NCBI GenBank assembly: GCA_977862235.1
Contig: OZ374565.1
Span: 2,108,001-2,172,000, forward strand
Length of the DNA stretch: 64,000 bases
Source: Dudresnaya verticillata
Lineage: Eukaryota
Reading direction: 5' to 3'
Part shown: positions 59,011 through 64,000 of the stretch, piece by piece
Layout of the letters: each line of letters opens with the position of its first letter
Position numbering within the stretch: the first letter of the stretch is position 1
Notes under the pieces: generated by a model
Told to the model about the DNA's origin: nothing
Database searches by the model: none
What the model saw: the letters and a program-made list of their open reading frames with translations, nothing else
Made by a program: the position numbers and the translations under genes

Positions 59011-62000
59011 CTACTGTTTGTGAAGGCACTCGCGCAAGTTCTTCTGTACTGCAACCGGCAGACGGTTATTTCGAGTGAGCGACTCAAACTCCACAAGTAC
59101 GCAATCAACGGTGACGTCTTCTTCCCATTGCTTTGCGACCCCGCGCCTGGTTGTGTAGAACGAAGGTTTGTAAGCTGCACTGAAACCATTACCGGTGTGC
59201 TTGGCTTCATACCACCGCAACAATAACTTTGAAACCTTTCCATCGTCCCCTTTCACAACTTCCATCACTTTTGCCACGTGAAAAGGAAATTGCTCGGTTG
59301 CCTGAACATAATTGACGGCCACCATTCTGTTGTGGCTGTAGGTTAGGTCCTGTGCAGGTAGTTGCTCCACTTCTGGTATCTCCGGAAGTATTTCGGGGTC
59401 TCTATGCTGTCTACTGTCCCTTCGCAGCTTCCCATTCGTCTTCGGGGCGTGACCCAAGTCCCAGTGAAATGGTTCGTTTCGATCTCTATAGACGTGATCC
59501 CTAAGATTTTCCAGTTCGGTGATCTGCGACGCCTTGAGCGCTCGGACTTCGGTGCAACGTATGCGATCATTAACCTCCTTCACATCAGGTGGGCATCTCG
59601 CTATGGTCTCTGGCGTCTTAACGAGGTCAGGGGTGAATAGTATGAAGCCTTCCTGTTTGAGAGAGTTGCCACGTGCTTCTGTTACAAGTGGTTTCCACTC
59701 ATCTTCACACTGAATCTTGACGAGGCATCGCGTGCGGAATCTCGCTTTTCTGCCCATGCTCTTTCCACGTTGGAGAGTAATTCGAAAGAATCTGTAGTGT
59801 GAGAATGCTTCAGTCTTGCCAATACACGCATACTTGTCACACAGCCCGGAAAAGTTGGCTACCTGCAGCAACCTTGCCACCGATGGACGAGGCGTGTATG
59901 ACATGCTTAGTTCGCGGAGAAGGCAAGACATGGTCGGCATTTCTTTTGATCGGACCGTCTTGCTTGTGCAACTGAAGGCCTGGTCGATGTCGGAATGGGT
60001 GTGGCCGATTGGGAGAAAGGAAACCTGCACTTCATGCAGAACACCCCACGCGACTAAGCACTCCAGGTAAGAAAGCATGTACTTATTTTTGTTCTCCCGG
60101 GTGCAGTTGTCTAGCTGCAGTAACAGCGTAGGCTGCAGAGTGCCATGGTTATGCTTGACTGTGAGAAGGCGATGGACTGTTTCGATCATGTGATTTGCGC
60201 CGGTCTCAAACTCTCCTGTCATGACGAACAGGGATAGGTGCTTCAATGAACCGTGTTCCAATGCGCCCACAGCTTTGGTTGCTATGGCATGTCCACGCGT
60301 AGCCTTCGTGCTGACCACGAACTTTGGTACTCCGAACGCTTTCTGGTCCGCGCCATCAATTACCAGTGAACAGTACTCGGAGGGATACAAAGTAGCTTTT
60401 TCCGTATTCTCCCTGTAGTACACCCTCTCCTTTGTAACCAGCTTGTAGTGCTCCTTTCTACGGAGCAGGAACGGCTCCGCAAGTCTGCGGTTTGTACCGG
60501 CCCTGGCAAGTCCAGCAGGAAATTCTTCACACTCCGAACACTTTGTGAAGCGTTGGATTTTGCGGACTTTTATGTCACTGCGGTGCTGCTTCCAGACGTG
60601 GTAGAAGTAGTTTTGTCGAGGCGGGTCTTTTCCAGGATACAGTCTCTCCGGGTCCAGAAGGAAGTTCTCGTAGACCGCAGCCTTATCAAAGTACGGCAGC
60701 TGCTTTTCATCTGCGTCGGGCATGCAGCTTGCTGTTATCTCAGCAAGCCGATTGAGATAACTTAGTATCTTATCCCTGCCCTCACTCGGAGGCTGATACG
60801 GCACGGCATTGTCACCCTCCATAGGCCGGCTTCCACCAAACTGTTTGACTGAATATTGTAGGTCCCTGGAAAACCCAAACGCCGTCTCCAGGAACGTGTA
60901 GCATACTGGCTTACCGTCGAAGTAGTAATTCCATCCCGGTCGCCGCAACAACCCGTGCAAATAGTTTCGTCGATCATGGGCGTCCATACGCAACAGTTTG
61001 CGAATCTCGGCTTTCATGTACACAATCGATACCCTCTTGAATCATTGCTTCCGCATGCAGCACTCCTTGGAGCCCCAGTCTTCTTCATCAAGCCTTTCCA
61101 GAGCAGCATTGCGACGCTTTTGCAATGCAGTATCACCAACCCTCAACTTCTTTCTTTGTCTTGCGTAGAAGCGGTACCTTCTCTTTCGGGAGCCATTGGT
61201 CTCATCCTCAGCAACTCCGGGCGTTTGCGGGACCCGTTGAGCCTCACATGCTGCCGTGCGTCTTCGTGAAATTGTCGCACTTGGCACGTAATCCGCGTCC
61301 TTGGTGAGGTCCTCAATTTCCTGGTCGCTTCCAGTATCTTCGTCTTCTAATATTCCATCACTTCCACCTTCCACCTCTGCGTCGCTCACCAGATCCAACG
61401 TCGCAGCATCTGATTGCTCCTCACCGTGCTCTATTTCCGAGCCATCAGCACCCGGCGTTCGTTCCACGTCACCCTCTGTGTTAGTACTCGCGGCCAGCGC
61501 CGGGGTAGCATCAGGGTCGGGGTCAGGTGCGCCACTACTAAAACCCGAACTGCTTTCAGGCGTACGTCTGACATTGTTTGCAGGGCATGGCTGGGGCGTG
61601 ATACAGTTCTCTTCGTCGCTTGCTCCTTTTCCTAGAGAAGGAATAGATCCGACAGCCCTAGCAGAGTTTTGTTTCAGATCTGCATCGACTCTGTCTGTCA
61701 CGCCTACACGAGGATCTCTCTCCTCCAAGGGTGTAGTCGTGGGTTCAAGAGACACTGGGGCCGAAGAGACTGGTAAGGCGTCCGGGACGTTATTCTTGGG
61801 CGGTTTCTGGGGTCGTTCACGCATAGGTGGCCGGCGTACAGGTGTGTACTGCAGAAGTTTTGTGACTTCTTCCTCTTCATTGTCTTTCTCTGGCAGTGGT
61901 GTTGAAGGGCTGTTCACCGCTGCCATTTCTTCCGCACCATGCTGCTGATTTGGGTGAGGAGCGGGTTTGCGAACCCTGAGCAGAGGGGGTGTTGGTGGGT

Positions 62001-62492
62001 TAGCGTCAGCCACCGCACGTTTTTCCACTCCGGGACAGTTGCACCTGAGCTTTTTCTGCGCTCTGTATTGTAGATGGTTACGAGATCCTCAATCTGGAAT
62101 AGGTCCCAGGCGTGTTTTCCAGTCTGCATTCGACTCAGTGTCTCCGGACAAGGCGTACTGCCTGGTTTGTACTGGAACGGGTTTTCGTAGGAATTGCAGT
62201 TGTGGAGGCATCGCACGAGGTGAACTACAACCCATACTTCTCCATCACGTTGTTGAGGCCCAAGGTTGCGCCCGTGCAGGTATGTGCTGAATCGCCCACT
62301 GGGATCAACGGCACCCTCCCTAAAATCATGAGGTCGTAGCAGGGTTGCTGTAGCAACGTGTTCCCCGTTGAGAGTGAGCATGACTCGTGCGCCGGGCTTT
62401 GTTCCGGGAAGCAGCTCATCGCCGAAGTCGTCGTCGTTCTGAACTGGAAAGCTTGCTGCTTTCGAAACCTGCCCAGATGAGGCTTGGGCCAT
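59011..62492 (-). pseudogene. Sola-like (DUF7869-type) DDD transposase, about 1150 aa if repaired
   Basis: IDGADQ, QLDNCTRENKN, GHTHSDIDQAFS, CSECE; ORF 61042-62028 is in frame with 59011-61023 across one TGA (CCMRKQ*F); 61914-62492 likely joins by frameshift. Confidence 0.75.
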
Positions 62493-63265
62493 GTCCTACT
62501 ACCCCTTTCGGCAGGGGAGTCTGACCCTTTTGCAATGCACTAGTGCAACATGCTCCTTGCACTCAGGGCGGGCGAAGTGAAGGAGCAAAATCGATGTTCC
62601 GGCTAGGGCGCGATAGCTGTGCGCTACTTGTTCTGAAGAGCTGAAATACTCGGGAGGGCCGAGGGCGCTTCTGAAACGACACCGATATAATACTGTTCCA
62701 GAGGCGGTGGGGCGTTCTGCATGACAGGCTTGCGCATGCCCACAGTTGCTACGGATCCCAGTTAAAACGACTGGTATTGGAAGGGCTTGCCTCTCGCTCT
62801 GTATGCACCACTCCATTCCGCCATACACTATAGCGCCAGTGCGAGCAAAACAGTCTGATTCGAGAGACGAGCGTGCCATGTTACCAATCAGAACGGACAA
62901 GTCGCGAATCTCGAGTCCCCGTCAATCAAGAAGCAGAACTCGGTATCGCAAGGGTACGCCCTGCAGACTGCTCTATTCCGCCATGCGACCACAAGCGCGT
63001 AGTATTGATGGGCGTCAAGGATAAGAAATAGCATCGATAGGGGCTGAGAAGTAAGACCCCGGCTGCCGGCTGCGTTGATGTTTACGTCTCGATACCCGGT
63101 GATTTTTCTTGCAGAAGAAGGACAAGTCAATCCAATGAGCTGCCGTGGGCTACAGCTGGCTTTTCACCAGTTTGCGAACATGCACCAACCTGTGCATCAA
63201 GTACCAGTCTGCAAATTTGAAGTTCGCCGTGAGACAAACGTTCCAGACTCTACCTTATGCACAAC

Positions 63266-63529
63266 ATGTATCAAGAGACAAGAGAAGGGAGGCTGCATTC
63301 CGCTCAGGAGAAGATAGCTACACTACAGGGGGAGATCAGGACCATTCGGGAGACGGTATCGTACTTGTCGCGTGAGCTTCAACGACTAGGGTGGCCAGTT
63401 GTGTGTCAAATCAACCGTCTGCTTGTCTTCATCCAGGAGAAACTTACAGAATCAAGAGTACATATCGCGGCTTTGCAGCGCCACCTTTCCCGCAGAAACG
63501 AGGAGTCTGAAGTCACGGAACAAGCCTGA
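63266..63529 (+). CDS. Small coiled-coil hypothetical protein
   Basis: Heptad-like LHSAQEKIATLQGEIRTIRETVSYLSRELQ; no family recognised. Confidence 0.35.
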   Translation: MYQETREGRLHSAQEKIATLQGEIRTIRETVSYLSRELQRLGWPVVCQINRLLVFIQEKLTESRVHIAALQRHLSRRNEESEVTEQA

Positions 63530-63798
63530 TGCAAACGGATGACATAAGTCTTGAAGATGTCGAAGCGCAACTCGTTGAGCTTGAAGAAGAATTCCAGCAA
63601 CTTAGGAGCGCTCAGGATGAGCTAAGTCAGCTGGTTGCCCGTCTGCAGCGAGCGGCTCTGCGCATGGTTGGCAGTGTCTTTCGCCGAGTTCATCGCAGTG
63701 TCACATTGGCCTTATCGCAGGCAATGTTTGCCCTGGAAACTGTGATCACATCCGTTGAGGCCCAAGCCAGCCCACGATCCTCCCGCTCCGAATCCTAA
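63529..63798 (+). CDS. Small coiled-coil hypothetical protein (89 aa)
   Basis: LEDVEAQLVELEEEFQQLRSAQDELSQLVARLQ; ATG overlaps the upstream TGA. Confidence 0.4.
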   Translation: MQTDDISLEDVEAQLVELEEEFQQLRSAQDELSQLVARLQRAALRMVGSVFRRVHRSVTLALSQAMFALETVITSVEAQASPRSSRSES

Positions 63799-64000
63799 AA
63801 GACCTGCTCCGAAACCGTTATGGCACGATAACCGCTATTAGTAAATCTCTCTGCGCGCACATCACCGCCCGGGCCGTTGTGCGCGCCTTTCCGCCGTGCC
63901 ACTCTACCACAACGCGTCCGCCTCGCTCTGCTCGCCAAAGCCGGTGCTCCGTTCATGTAACTGTAGATTTGCATACTCGGAGCTTTCCCGACGCGCCACA

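Overview
Eukaryotic, transposon-dense region. The intronless genes and element types are most consistent with a red alga (inference). It holds one apparent host gene, a secreted M12B/reprolysin-like metalloprotease at 25.5-27.3 kb. Everything else is nested or rearranged mobile DNA. This comprises a CRE-clade RT+RLE non-LTR retrotransposon plus two truncated 3' ends, a truncated Copia-type element, four Ty3/gypsy families (A in two copies, B, C, D) sharing one 18-nt PBS, MITE/TIR elements, and a Sola-like DDD transposase pseudogene. Best candidate for an undescribed system: the divergent chromoviruses A and B both carry a homologous, unrecognised antisense ORF after pol. Family A is also stamped along its whole length with a palindromic DNA word (CCGTNACGG, about 27 copies by hand count), while family D is stamped with a different word (YGGCCR). 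This resembles a family-specific protein/motif system such as anti-silencing, which is a hypothesis only. Two back-to-back perfect palindrome scars are also notable. All coordinates and counts were made by eye.
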